DNA of 64,000 nt from the human T2T-CHM13v2.0 reference genome, Homo sapiens, in the NCBI RefSeq assembly GCF_009914755.1, contig NC_060940.1. One strand, written 5' to 3'. The notes below the pieces were generated by a model. The model saw only the letters and a list, made by a program, of their open reading frames with translations. It ran no database searches and had not been told where the DNA came from. A program made the translations under genes and the position numbers. This document shows, piece by piece, positions 1 through 16,380 of this stretch. The first letter of the stretch is position 1. Each line of letters begins with the position of its first letter.

Positions 1-285
1 TGCAAAATTAAAAGAACAAATATTTAAAGCATCCCAGGCACACCTGACCGTAATGCCAGGAACTGCAGTGCTTGAAGGAGCTGCAGACGGATTAGCAGCT
101 ATTAACCCATTAAAATAGATAAAGACACTTGGAGGCTCTGTGATTTCAATGGTGATTGTGCTTTTAATCTGTGTTGTTTGTTTTTGTGTAGTCTGCAGAT
201 GTGGATCCCGACTCCTGTGAGAAGTAGCTCACCGTGATAAAGCCACCTTTGCTTTTATTGCCCTGCAAAAACAAGAAGGGGGACA
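1..285 (+). mobile_element. HERV-K(HML-3)/HERVK9 internal sequence, 3' end of env (TM region), disabled
   Basis: Translates to [14 protein letters not shown]...[36 protein letters not shown] (betaretroviral TM end with in-frame stops). Polypurine tract aagaaggggga lies directly before the MER9 LTR. Confidence 0.85.
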
Positions 286-793
286 TGCTGGGGATATCCC
301 CCAAATCTGGCCATAAACTGGCCCCAAAAGTGGCCATAAACAAAATCTGCAGCACTGTGATTTGTTTGCGATGGCCATGACACCCATGCTGAAGGTTGTG
401 GGTTCACCGGAATGAGGGCAAGGAACACCTGGCCCACCCAGGGTGGAAAACCTCTTAAAGGCATTCCTAAACCACAAACAATGGCAGGAGTGATCTGTGC
501 CTTAAGGACATGTTCCTGCTGCAGATAACTAGCCAGAGCCTATCCCTTTGTTTCAGCCCATCCCTTTGTTTCCCATAAGGAATACTTTTAGTTAATCTAT
601 AATCTATAGAAACAATGTTTATCACTGGCTTGCTGTCAATAAATATTTGGGTAACTCTCTGTTCAGGGCTCTCAGCTCTGAAGGCTGTGAGTCCCCTGAT
701 TTCCCACTCCACATGCTATATTTCTGTGTGTGTGTCTTTAATTCATCTAACCCCACTGGGTTAGGGTCTCCCCCGACTGAGCTGGTCTTGGCA
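286..793 (+). mobile_element. MER9 LTR (3' LTR of the HML-3 provirus)
   Basis: TG...CA termini, characteristic ccaaatctggccataaactggcccc start, AATAAA near 638; homologous to the copy at 61789-62278. Confidence 0.88.
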
Positions 794-1292
794 TTTAACC
801 AACCAGAATTTTGAAAGTAATGTTTATATATTTAAAAAGTTTTTTAAAATCAAACCCAATTTTAAAAATTAACTTGATAAAAATTTTGTGATGGAGAAAG
901 ATGTAGATGATTTTTAAACCTAATTTGTTTTGGTCAGTATTTAGAAGACTGCTGTGTGCACTTGAGCCCCTTCTTCACTGGACATTGCTGGTTATTCTGG
1001 ACACTATGAGAATGAAGGATAGAAGCCATGTACTTGGCTATTGGCTCTTGTGGAAATGTAAAAAAATGTGAGGGAAATACCTCCTGCTTTTCCTCTTCTC
1101 TTATGTTTCGTAGGGGTAATAACCCTGTCCCCATATAACAGGCACAGTTACCAATAGCGACCTCATCAGCCTCACAGACGGGTCCCTTTCTGGCCCTCAA
1201 ACCCCATTCTGGCCTCACCTCATCCTCCCAACAATGTCACCTACCATGTTCCTCCCACCTAAGGTATTCCAAGCTCATGTTCATTGTGGTCA

Positions 1293-1700
1293 TGTTTTTT
1301 AAAAAAACTTTAGGCAAATTAAGTTGAACAGGATTTAATTGAGCAAAGAATGACTTGCAAACCAGGCAGCTCCCTTAACCAGAATAGGTTCAGAGAGACT
1401 CCATGCTGCTGTGTGGTTGGAGAGGATTTATGGACAGAATCAAGAAAGTGACATACAGAAAAAAGTACAGAAGTGAGCTGCAGAAACAGCTGCATTGGGT
1501 ATAGCTTGGCATTTATCTTATTTGAACATGATGTGAACAATTGGCCGTCTTTGATTGGCCAAAGCTCAATGATTGGTACAAGAGCAGGCCATAGTCTATC
1601 TATACATCCAGGTAAGTTACAGTTAACTAGGTAGAGAGAAACTTTTAGGCCAAACTTAAAATATATAAGAAGACAGGTTTAGGCTAAACTTAATTTAACA
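1293..1700 (-). mobile_element. ERV1-class LTR, MER57-like (3' LTR)
   Basis: Minus strand starts TGTTAAATTAAGTTTAGCCTAAA; preceded on that strand by a purine tract (aaaagaggagat) and env remnants. Subfamily name is from recall. Confidence 0.65.
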
Positions 1701-1832
1701 ATCTCCTCTTTTGGTCAAACTCTCAATTTTGTGTGTGACCAAAACTTAGGGCTTTAGTGCTACTCTGAGTCACTATCATGTTGGGCTTCTGGTCTCAGCA
1801 AATACATTCATAGATTGTGTTGTTTTCATGAT

Positions 1833-2421
1833 TGTAAAAAGTAAAGTAGAGGTTCCTCTTCAAAGATTTTCCTCCCCATTTAATTAGGAATAAATAGTAA
1901 CTTCCCTTAGAAGCAAAATTTATTCAAAGACCTGTGCTAACATTCTTAAATATCTGCTAGCCATGATAAAGAAATCAATGTACTTTGTGTTCTTAGCTCC
2001 CACAATTTAGCCTAAATATTTGCCCTGGCATGCTTATACTGGTTCAAGCAAGCATTAAGTCATAGCCTGTTCCTCTTCCTTATTTGAAGGTGTTTTTACC
2101 TTTCTTAGTATTCCACAAGTTACTCCCTCCTTCCTTTGTTCTCCTCTGCCTTTGACTCTTTTAAAAAGTTCTAAATTGCTAGCCAATTGGGACAAATACA
2201 GAATGTAAGGCCCCATTCCAGCCAGTGGAAACCAGGCACAGCAGTAGGGTGGACACGTCAGGTTATAAATAACCCTGTGTCCTTTGTTCAGTGTACTCTC
2301 TTGGCAAAACTGCTGGCAAGTGTAACCTTTCTGCAGGAAGTAAAAATGGCCTTGCTGAGTAAATTAAATTTATGTTCAAGTGCTATTTCTTTATAGCACC
2401 AGGGAACAAGCATTTCAAACA
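1833..2421 (+). mobile_element. LTR10-family solo LTR (LTR10C-like) inserted in the ERV1 internal region
   Basis: Runs tgtaaaaagtaaagtagaggttcctcttcaaaga...catttcaaaca; flanks atgat/atgag form an imperfect 5-bp TSD. Confidence 0.7.
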
Positions 2422-3145
2422 ATGAGCATACATTTCTTTGAGTTTTTGTCATTCCAGTCAAAGAGATCATTTGCCATTCCATAGATGGCTGCAAACAAAC
2501 ATTTAATACTTTTGAGAGAATACAGAATACTTGGGAGATTACTGTTGTGAGTATCCGGAGGATAATACCAAGAGTTTGGAGTATGCTCCTTAGCCAGGGT
2601 CCAAACCAAACCAATTAAAATAAAATAGATCAAGGAGTGAGCTAGATAGAGTACTTGTTTTAACCCAGCAGGCTGTTTGTTAATTCCCTACAACTAAATC
2701 TCTCTAATACCTATGTATTCAACCATGTGCAGATTCTTCCACGTTCAGCCATTAGGTCATCTAGAGTTATTCTATTATCTAGCACAACTATAGCAACGGA
2801 ACTTGAAGAAGACTGCTGTACAACCAAAGCCTTTGCAGTAGAAGCTGCTACAGAGCCCACTATGAGGGACAAATGTCTAATCATTGCCTCATTTATATTT
2901 ACTCCAAACTATAGAAAAAGAGACCTAAGAAATGATGCCCATCGACAAGCGTGAAGGCCTCCTGGCAATATTCTCTTCACCCTATGCTGTAGGTTAAGAG
3001 GAGTGAACCAATGTTCTGTCTCTGGCTGATTATGGAGCAACAAAACTACCATTAAAATTCCTCATCCACATTGGCCCTTCATCTTTTATCCCTCAAGGCA
3101 TAAGGTTGGCCATTATAAAATTGGCTTCAAAATACCCCACAAATA
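2422..3145 (-). mobile_element. ERV1 env remnant containing the immunosuppressive domain
   Basis: 2782-2729 translates to LDNRITLDDLMAERGRIC, matching the gamma-type ISD pattern LQNRxxLDxLxAxxGGxC; stops in the flanks. Confidence 0.8.
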
Positions 3146-4066
<921 letters not shown>

Positions 4067-4197
4067 AAAATGTCTAAGTTGGAAACAACGGTAAGTGGAC
4101 AATAGTGGATTTTATTTGCAAAAGTGAAACAGAGTTTATGTTTCCACGCAGGGTTCTCTCACTTTGAATGTAATTATCAGACACTGAAAAATGACAA

Positions 4198-5130
4198 ATG
4201 GCCTCCAGGGATTTTTCAATAGGCATGATCTTCTTATCTCAGATCATAGTTGGATTCCTGGGGAATTTCTTTCTTCTTTACCACTATAGTTTCCTTTGTT
4301 TCACCAGAGGTATGTTATGGTCCACAGATCTGATTCTCAAGCACCTGACCATAGCCAACTCCTAGGTTATACTCTAAAGGAATCCCACAAACAATGGCTG
4401 CTTTTGGGTCGAAAGATTCCCTCAGTGATATTGGATGCAAACTTGTGTTTTATGTTCACAGAGTGGGCAGGGCTGTGTGCGTTGGCAATGCCTGCCTCCT
4501 GAGTGTCTTCCAGGTCATCACCATCAGCCCCAGCGAATTCAGGTGGGCACAGCTTAAACTACATGCTCCCAGATACATCAGGTCCTTCAACATCCTGGTC
4601 CTGTGCTGGATTCTGAACACGCTGGTAAATATTACTGTTCCTCTACATGTGACTGGCAAGTGGAACAGCATAAATAGCACAAAGACAAATGATTATAAGT
4701 ATTGTTCTGGAAGAGGTAGGAGCAGAATTCTACAGTCATTACATATTGTCTTGTTATCATCCCTTGATGTTTTGTGTTTGGGGCTCATGGCCTTGGCCAG
4801 TGGCTCCATGGTTTTTATCCTGCACAGGCTCAAGCAGCAGGTCCAGCACATTCATGGGACCAACCTCTCCCCCAGATCCTCCCCTGAGTCCAGAGTCACC
4901 CAAAGCATCCTGGTCCTGGTGAGCACCTTGTGTTATTTTACTCGCTCTCCTCCATCTTTACACGTCTTTTTCCTAATCCCAGTTGGTGGCTGTTGAACAC
5001 CTTGGCACTGATCACTGCCTGTTTTCCCACGGTCAGCCCCTTTGTGCTCATGAGCAGCCATCCCAGAATAGCCAGGCTGGGCTCTGCTTGCTGTGGAAGG
5101 AATCCACAGTTGCCTAAGCTGATCAGATAG
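4198..5130 (+). pseudogene. Vomeronasal 1 receptor pseudogene, VN1R3-like (possibly VN1R64P)
   Basis: ATG at 4198: MASRDFSIGMIFLSQIIVGFLGN...STDLILKHLTIANS* (TAG 4363-4365), then a frameshift, then KGIPQTMAAFG...GCKLVFYVHRVGR...CLLSVFQVITISP...LHRLKQQVQHIH...SPESRVTQSILVLVS. A second frameshift near 4928 leads to FPNPSWW...CFPTVSPFVL. Single exon with V1R motifs. Confidence 0.95.
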
Positions 5131-6760
5131 TTCTCCGATTTATGTGGATTGTCTTCTTTCTGTACAATGAATGGCCATTTGTTGATTTCTTCCTGCAGAA
5201 GGTTAAGCACCACAATTGGCAGTCAATTGCAAAGTGTGTGTAAGACTCAGAATCTGTCTTTGCCCTTCAAGGATTTTTCATGTATCATAAACGACAGTTA
5301 CAGATGAAATGTTTTGCAAAGGGCATTCATAATTTTCATTTTGTTAATGTTGCAATGGAGAAGTTTAGAGGCAAATTATTCATTAAATGTGGGCCTCTAA
5401 TAATTTGTAACAGTGCAATTTTAACCAATTAGTAAAAAATGTCATGGAATTAACTGGGCACAGCAGTGTAAGAAAAGTTTAATGAAGTAAAGAAGCTTTA
5501 AGTGATGATCAATGAAGAAAGTGAGAAGAAAGTCATAGTTCACGCCATTTTTTGTTTTGAATTAATCTTCATTTTTTTCCCATTTTCAAGTTGTAGAATT
5601 TTCTTTTTGTCCTTGATGATTATACTTTATTTTAATGAGACTAGTTTTTGATTATTTAAAAATAATTCTGTCCTTCTATAAATTTTCTGATGTGTAGATC
5701 CTATGTTCATGCTTCTTATACGAAGATTTTCTCTCTTTTGGTTTTGAAGGAGCATTCTCTGCTCCTTCACCTGAACTTTCAGCCTTTTAATCCAGACTAA
5801 TTGTATCAAAATTGGTATTTATCCCACATATTCTGTTGTTTATATGTTTTTTTGTAACTTACGCTTAATATTTTGAGTTTCAAATTTTTGCTATTTATAT
5901 GATTCTACTGTTGTTTCTTCTATTTTTGAATAAAATCTAGATGCATACTTTTCTAAAAGGTAAGAAGGAAAAATAGCAGTTCTACCACCAGGCCTGGGAT
6001 GGAGTTGGAGGGAAAATAATGTATCAGATCCTTCAGGATGTTAAAGATCAGGTTTTGTCATTTTACCTTAAATTCATTTTTTCTTTAATGAATGCAACCT
6101 TTTTTTTTTAAAATTGCAAGTCTAGTCGAATAGACCAAATGTTCCTACTTCTAAAATAAGCTACAAGTAATCTTTTTCTATGAAAATGCTGTGAGTTGGT
6201 GCCACAGCTAAACTTTCTCTAATAGCAGCAGTATCATCAGCCCATGGCAGCAAAGAAATGCTAATTTCTGGCATCCCAGGGGCTGCTATCGAAGCAACTT
6301 CATAAAGCATGCAGATATCTATTCTGCTGAAGTTTCAAACAAATAAAAATGATCATTGTGCTTGTGGGTTTCGTACCTTTCAATATACACATAAATGATG
6401 GCAAATTAACAAATAATAGCAGGTCCTTGATTTCCAATAAAATCACAAGGCAGAGGGTTGGCAGTGAAAAGAAAAATGTTTAGAATGGAAAAAAGTTACA
6501 AAATGGTGTTGGCATTCACAAAAAAGATCATGCGGAGATCAGATCCATATTGACTAAACATTGAAAATTCAGCTACAATCCAAAGAACCCTGTCCGAGTC
6601 CAAAGGCATGCATGCCAGCTGATGGAAATGCGGGACATTATCTGACAGTATCTTCTCCAGAGCAGAACAGTAACATCTCACTGGAATAATCACAAAAGGG
6701 TGAATGAGCTTCCATCATACCTCTTTTTTGTAATTCAAAATAAAAGAAACACAAGCATAG

Positions 6761-7274
6761 CGTCAGAGGCGTTCAAACCAGAGTGACTCCATTTTGAGTG
6801 AGGGCTAGGAAAATGAGGCTGGCCTCTACATGTTCATGGTTAAGGGAACCAATAATGTTTACTAAACAGATCCAGACTTGGGAGTGTCTGGATATGCTGA
6901 TATTTGGAGAACAAAGGCATTCCTAATTTTGCTTTAAAGATAATAATATTGATTCTTGCAAAATATAGTAATTAAGAAAATTAATCCTTTATCACAAGTC
7001 CTTGTAGCAGAGCACATCTCCCCAAGATCTTTTTTTATCCTGTATATATACAAACATTGTACCTGGGGCTGACACCTTCCTCCTCTTACTCTCAGAAACG
7101 CCCTGCTTGGTCTAAGGAGTAGCTGTCGTTTTACCATAATAAACCTCCTTAATAAACTTGCTTTCTTAATAAACTTGCTTTTGCTTTACACTGTGGACTC
7201 ACCCTGAATTCTTTCTTGTGTGATATCCAAGAAACCTCTCTTGGGGTCTGGATCGGGACCCCTTTCCCGTAACA
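6761..7274 (+). mobile_element. MER41 solo LTR, internally deleted
   Basis: Starts (c)gtcagaggcgttcaaaccagagtgactccattttg and ends ggggtctggatcgggaccccctttcccgtaaca. Confidence 0.85.
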
Positions 7275-7325
7275 ACAGGACAAAATAAATTACAGAAGAT
7301 TGGACAGAGAAAATACAGAAATTCA

Positions 7326-7739
<414 letters not shown>

Positions 7740-8639
7740 TCAGTCCTCATCAATGGAGTCACACATTCTGCTACTTCTGGTTTGAGAACATTCCATGTTA
7801 TGCATTCAGATGACTCTGCAGACTCACTGTCAGTAGTTATTGTTTGCAGATTTCTTCTCATTTGAGCTGAGGCTTCACTCAAAAATTCACACACTGAAAA
7901 CTGGCCCTCTGGTCGCCTTGTCTGGGCCTCCCCCTTTGCCGCAGCCCCTCTCTGCCTGGCTCTGCGCTCCTGCCCCCCAGGCCTGCAGCTGCGCTCCCCA
8001 CCCAGGCTTGCATGGCGGGTGGCATTTTACCTTAAATTCTAAAAAGAAAGTTAGTTCTGTGAAATCTGTGAATTTTTTGTGGGAGGAGAGTGGTCCATTT
8101 CAAATATTTTAAGGTAAAAATGGACGCAGTGGTCTGGGTGGAGCGAAATGAGCACAGGACTGTGGAAAGAGATTTTCATTAGAATTCGACTCACAGCCGA
8201 TGAATATGAGACTCATCAAGAAAACTGCCTAATTTTCGGGACACTGTGAGGGTAGACTATGCTGTATTAGCAATAATCCCAATTAGCCTGTTCAGAAGAA
8301 ATAAGCATCAGGGTGACCTCTGGGAAGTGAATCTGGTGGAACCAGTCACCGTCGGTGGAGGAGCCGACGCCAGGGACCCTGGGGAGGCTTATGCTTCCCT
8401 TTTTCTAGGGAGTTGGTGGTAATTGCTGCCTTGAAATATTCAAGGGAGCCAATTTGAAACAATCATAATACAAATGGGCTAACCATGTGGTTGAAGTGAA
8501 AAATTTCCACAGATATTTTCTTATTATTGTTAGGTAAAGCAGGTAAAATGTCTTGAAAATTCAAATATTTGAAAAATACAATGCAGAAGTTTGGTCCAAT
8601 GGACATATATGGAACCTGGGCTATGTGTTGCATTACTCA

Positions 8640-9970
<1,331 letters not shown>

Positions 9971-10139
9971 AACTAATAGAATGAATATCTACATCTACAT
10001 CTATATATCAAGGTTTACATATTTTTTCACCCACGTGCGCATGGGTGTGAGTGTGTGTGTGTATGGAATAAAGCTATTTACAGTAGTGTCTCAGCAGAAG
10101 GCCTTCCCCAGCCCCCTCCAGGCTCTGGATTAGAGAACC

Positions 10140-10592
<453 letters not shown>

Positions 10593-11054
10593 TGATCTGA
10601 AGAGTGAACGTGATGGGTCACTGGGTTTCTGACAACCCAACACCAGGTTCTGCTCAGGACAGGCCAGACCCACATGATATCACCCCCACTGTGCGAACAC
10701 ACATAGGGAGGTGGGGTGTGACTGTCCAGGTGGGATTAGGGTGGTGGCCAGACATTGATTGGCCTGCTCTTGGCTGCCAGTGTTACCTTTGAGTACTTCC
10801 TGAACATGGCCAAAGGTGATGGTGTTGAGGGCTGACCCGATGTCAGCAGCTTCAGAAAAACCTATCATTCAGGATTTTCTGGTGCCAGAACTATAGGAAA
10901 TTGGGATCAGCAGGATAACACTAGATAACATCTAGTTCTCTTTAGTATCTTCAGCCAAGTGAGCTGGGGAGAGACTGTTTCTAGAATGTGGGTGCTTGGT
11001 TTCCAGTGTTCCAAGTTCTGTTGGGGTCTATTGTCAAGGAAGTGAGGTCACTCT

Positions 11055-11372
11055 TTGGGGTCCCTTACCTGGGGCTACTCCTGAAGGGATCTTCTATTGC
11101 CCTCAGCACTCCTGGTTCTCAAACCTTCAAGCAACACCGCTGGGTGTCCCGCATTTCTGACTTGAAGGCAGCAGATAATGGGAATTCTCAGCCTCTATAG
11201 TTACATGAGCCAATTTCTTAAAATGAATAAACATTTATTGAGTATTAATATCTATACTTCAATAAATTGCATGTATGTATTTAAAGTAAGTTAAAATAAT
11301 TTATTAATTCAATGATTTGAGTTATTTAAATTTAAACAATTTAAATTGGTTTTGTTTCTCTGGAACACCCTG
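11055..11372 (+). mobile_element. MLT2 (ERVL) LTR 3' portion
   Basis: ctcctggttctcaaaccttc...ctcagcctctatagttacatgagccaatttctta...ggttttgtttctctggaacaccctg, a typical MLT2 3' end. Confidence 0.65.
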
Positions 11373-11494
11373 TCCGAGAGGTCATGTCATAATCACCTGA
11401 ATAATCTGCAGGTGCAGGAATCACTTTGATCAACGATACTCAACCATGATGGATTGTTTAGCAGAAGACAGACTGACACATTTGACTCTGCAAA

Positions 11495-12320
11495 GTCTGG
11501 GAAACTCTCTTCTTTATCATATGTCTCCCTTTTCCTCACTGGGTGCAAGTTAAGGTGCACAGATTTGATTCTCATGCACCTGATTATACCCAACTCTTTG
11601 GTCATTCCCTCTAAAAAAATCTGGAAGACCATGACATCTTTGGTTTGAACAACTTCAAGGATTTTTCACGTGAACTTCTATTCTTCCTTCAGAGACTGGG
11701 CAGGGGTGTTCCTCCTGGCAGCACTTGCCTCCTGAGTGTCTTCCAGGCCATCACTATTTCCCCAGGGACTCCAGTAGGGCAGAGCTTAGAATAATATTTC
11801 CCAAGCTCATTGGACACTTGATTCTCTGGTGCTGGATCCTAAACACACTAACAAATAATTTTCTTCTTTATGTGTCTGGCTATAACTCAATGCAGCCATC
11901 ACAAGGAAAACAGATAATGGCTACTGTTATGCTGTGATGCATGTCAAAATCCCCCACTCCCTGTGTGCAGTGCTGTTCTGATTCCTTGATGTTTTGGATT
12001 TGGGAATCACGGCTTGGGCCAGAGGCTCCATGATTTTCATCCTGCACCGGCACAAGCTGAAGGTCCAACACATTCATAGGACCCACTGGCTGTTCAGGTC
12101 TTCCCCTGAGTCCAGAGTCACCTAAGCCATCCTGGTCCTGGGGAGCATCTATGTATGCTTTTATATTGTCTTTTCCTTTTGTCAATTTTTGGCTCTTTTT
12201 AATCCTCTTGGGCAGTGGCTGGTGAACATTTCTGCCCTGAGTGCTCTGTGTTCCCCAACTCTCAGACTTTTTGTTTCCATCAGCTGTGACTCTGTTGTCT
12301 CCAGGTTCTGATTTGCCTGA
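11495..12320 (+). pseudogene. Second, more degraded VN1R pseudogene (possibly VN1R65P); 5' end not recognisable
   Basis: Fragments LTGCKLRCTDLILMHLIIPNSLVI, RLGRGV..STCLLSVFQAITIS, LWCWILNTL, GSMIFILHRHK.KVQHIHR, SPESRVT*AILVL, LCSPTL; many stops and frameshifts; colinear with 4198-5130. Confidence 0.9.
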
Positions 12321-13148
12321 CACAGAATACAAAATCCACTAATTTTATCATATATATGTATGTTGTGTATTTTTGCACAATGTTCAGTTGTTTACTCATC
12401 CCCAAAGAATTATAAGCACAGTTGTGAAACTGACGTTACAAGGGATTGGTGATACATACAGAAAAACACCTACATATGTCTAACTGTGTGGGGATAATCA
12501 GACTATGTTTGTTATTCATCAAGCAATAATATTGGAAAATTATTCTTTAAGAAATGTAAAAATAATATTAGTTATAACAATGTTAAACTACTTTAACCGT
12601 ATTGTCTTTTTTATCTGAGGTATCACCATCCTCACTGATTAATTGGTTAAAATCATATATAATGTATCTTTACTTTTTCTACTTTAATTTTAATTGTTTA
12701 AAATAACATATATCTTCTAATTTTTCTACTCCTTCAAGAGATGTAACTAAAACATAAATATATAAAAAAATTATGTTTATGTTTAGTTGTATCTCTTGAA
12801 GGAATATCCAATTGAATATAGTCAAATAACATTTGACTTTGACAGGAATAATTTAGCTATTTATGTTTAATATTTTAAAGGCTATATTTGGCATTGGATA
12901 TACCAACTTTCTGTATTCTTCTGAATACCCATCATCTTTTCTGATTCTTCCAATTTTAACGTCTTCTATGTTATATATAGATTTTTAAAAATCACAGTTA
13001 ACATCTGTTATTTAGGAGTTATATACAAGCATATCTTAGTTTTTAACACAGAGGTTACAGCAGACTTTGAAATATTAATCATGGTATAAAGTTATTTAAT
13101 ACTTTCAACCTCCACTTTGACAACATTAAGGCATTAAATTACTAATCA

Positions 13149-13483
13149 AGCCAGGTGAGGTGGCTCACGCTTGTAATCCCAGCACTTTGGGAGGCCGAGG
13201 CAGGAGGATTGCTTGAGCTAGGGAGTTTGAGACCAGCCTGGGCAACATAGTGAGCCCTAGTTTCTACAAAAAATTAAAAACTTAGCCAGGCATGGTGCCA
13301 CATGCCTGAAGTCCCAGCTACTCAGGAGGCTGAGGTAGGAGGATCACTTGAGCCCAGGAGGCCAAGGCTCTGTGTTTGCTCTGTGTGTTTTCACTCTGTC
13401 GCCTAGGCTGGAGTCAAGTCACACCACTTGACTCCAGCCTAGGCGACAGAGTGAAACCCTGTCTCAAAACAACAACAACAAAA
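13149..13483 (+). mobile_element. AluJ with an internal insertion
   Basis: AluJ-type ggaggattgcttgag and gggcaacatagtgag; (aac)n tail. Confidence 0.9.
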
Positions 13484-14767
13484 ATCACTAATCCATTTAT
13501 GTTCTCTCTTTGTGTTTTAATTGATATGTATTTTTTAAAAAAGTTGGAATACTTGCACAGGCCATAAGTGCACAACTAAATGAAATTTTAACAAACTGAA
13601 CCCAACTCTGTATGCATGTCTTAGGTTGCAAAACAGAACATCGTCAGACCCCAGCCACCTCCTTGTGCCCTTCCCAGTCACTACCTCTAGGAGTAACCAT
13701 GACTCTGACTCCTAACAGTATAGCTCACCTGTACTTTCACCTGTTTTGTAGCTTATATATGAAATCATATAGCGTAACTTATTTTGTATGTAGATTTTGA
13801 ATTCCACATGTTTGGAAACTTATCTGTATGTTATTGTGGTTCATTCATTAGGTAGGTGATAGAATTATTAGGTTGGTTGAGGTTTTTGCCCTCTAAAGTA
13901 ATGGCATCATCTGAACATCAAGCAATGAACTTAATCATGCCACTGTAAATGCATATGAGTAGTATTCATGATGGGGCTATTAGGAACACTAGTTGTTTTT
14001 TTGTCTTCCATGTCGGAAATAGCAAAATAGTTCATAGAGATGGACACTGAGCTTTTATTCGAGCAGGAACATGACAGTTCACCAGAGAAGCATAGATAAC
14101 TTCAGATCCTGGGGAAGGGAAGGTGGGCAAGCAGCTTGGGTGGTGGCATTCATCTGAGAAAAGTGAGTGAATCCCTAGTATGTGAAAGGGACAGAGAGTC
14201 TCAGTAACTCACGTTTTCAACGGGGATATGTGGAACTCAGGACATGGAAGAGCATCTTGCTTCTCCCAAGCCCTGGAGCGAATTTGGGGAGAGGCTGGGA
14301 GACTCTGAGAGGGAAAGGCACTGGGAAAAGCTGCAGACATTTTCCCAGACCCAGGACCAAGAGGAGGATGCCATTTTCAATTCTGGCTCATGTCAAGGCA
14401 GTCATTGTTTGGTGGCTGGGCAGCAGCAGCTGCCACAGGTATTTAGGTCTCTGGTGAGAAAGATTAAAGCACTTGTTCTGGAGGAGGAGAAGGACCCCCA
14501 TAGGCAGAATTGAGCAGCAAGTGTGGTGTGTACTTCCGCTATAGGCACCGGAATCGGTCTTTCTTTCATTACAGGACTGGAAAGGGAGGAGATTTGCTGA
14601 AGCCATGGTTGCTCTCAGGTGGTGATATTTATGGCCAGAGGTGGCTTTGCAACCTGGGACCAGTCTACGTATGGCATTTCTGGGCGCCCCAGCCTGCCCC
14701 CTTTGTCAGTCAGGGGAGTGAGCCCAACTGGTTCTGAGGATGGGGAGGGAGACAGATCCCACTCCTG

Positions 14768-15526
<759 letters not shown>

Positions 15527-16056
15527 TAGGGCTGGGACCTTTCCTGAAAGTTACTATATTTCCTGAAATATAGCTTTATATTTCAATTTTGAGATGGGTC
15601 AATTTGGACTCTATAAATGATCTCAGAATGCCACTTGGTAAATAGAAATAACATAATCAAGAAGGAAATTGGACTGGAACAGAAACAGCTCTAAAGGAAA
15701 AACTGGGATTCATCTTTGGTGGGAATTTTTTGCCCCCCTCCATTGTCCAAAGCAATGCTGCTGGCTCTATGGGACCCTCCCCCACAACACACAATTCACT
15801 GAGTATTTACTAAATGCCTAGTCCTAGTTTTCTAATGGGTCGGGGAAAAATGACACTTCATGGTTCCACTGGGCTGCTGTGGGTGTTTAACCTCAGTGCC
15901 AGCCATGTGGAACTTGAAGCAGGAGTGGTCACTCCACTCAGTGGTCAGAACTCAAGAGTTTTGTGTCATTGACTACTTTCTAGCTTTTGGTCTTCCGTAT
16001 TGAAAACTACAGACTATTTGAATGAGGACATCATCTTTGGGGCTGCAAACTGAAAA

Positions 16057-16380
16057 CAATCACTTGAATTCAGGAGGCAGCGGTTGCAGTGAGCAGAGAT
16101 AGCGCCATTACACTCCAGCCTGGGTGACAGCATAAGACTCCATCTCAAAAAAAAAAAAAAAAAAAAAAAAGAAAAAGAGAAAAAAAAGACAGAATCCAAA
16201 TGCTGGTGAGGATGTGGAGAAAAGGGAATCCTTGTACACTGTTGGTGGAAATGTAAATTAGTACAGCCACTATGGAGAACAGTTTGGAGGATCCTCAAAA
16301 AACTAAAAATAGAGCTACTTTATGATCCAGCAACCCTACTCCTAGGAATATACCCCAAAGAAAGGAAATCAGTATATTGA
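16057..16380 (+). mobile_element. Alu right-arm fragment (16057-16187) followed by an L1 ORF2 3' fragment
   Basis: aatcacttgaa...actccatctc(A)n, then aaatgctggtgaggatgtggagaaaaggga. Confidence 0.85.

Noticed and set aside
5540-6720. Short ORFs and GC-richer patches downstream of the first VN1R
   Set aside because: No motif recognised; the A-rich minus strand looks like decayed L1.
7084-7095. Possible STAT1 GAS site in MER41
   Set aside because: It reads CTCTCAGAA rather than TTCNNNGAA, and the LTR is internally deleted; no support for an interferon enhancer.
7900-8400. GC-rich patch that could be a lncRNA promoter
   Set aside because: CpG density is modest and there are no diagnostic elements; cannot be supported from sequence alone.
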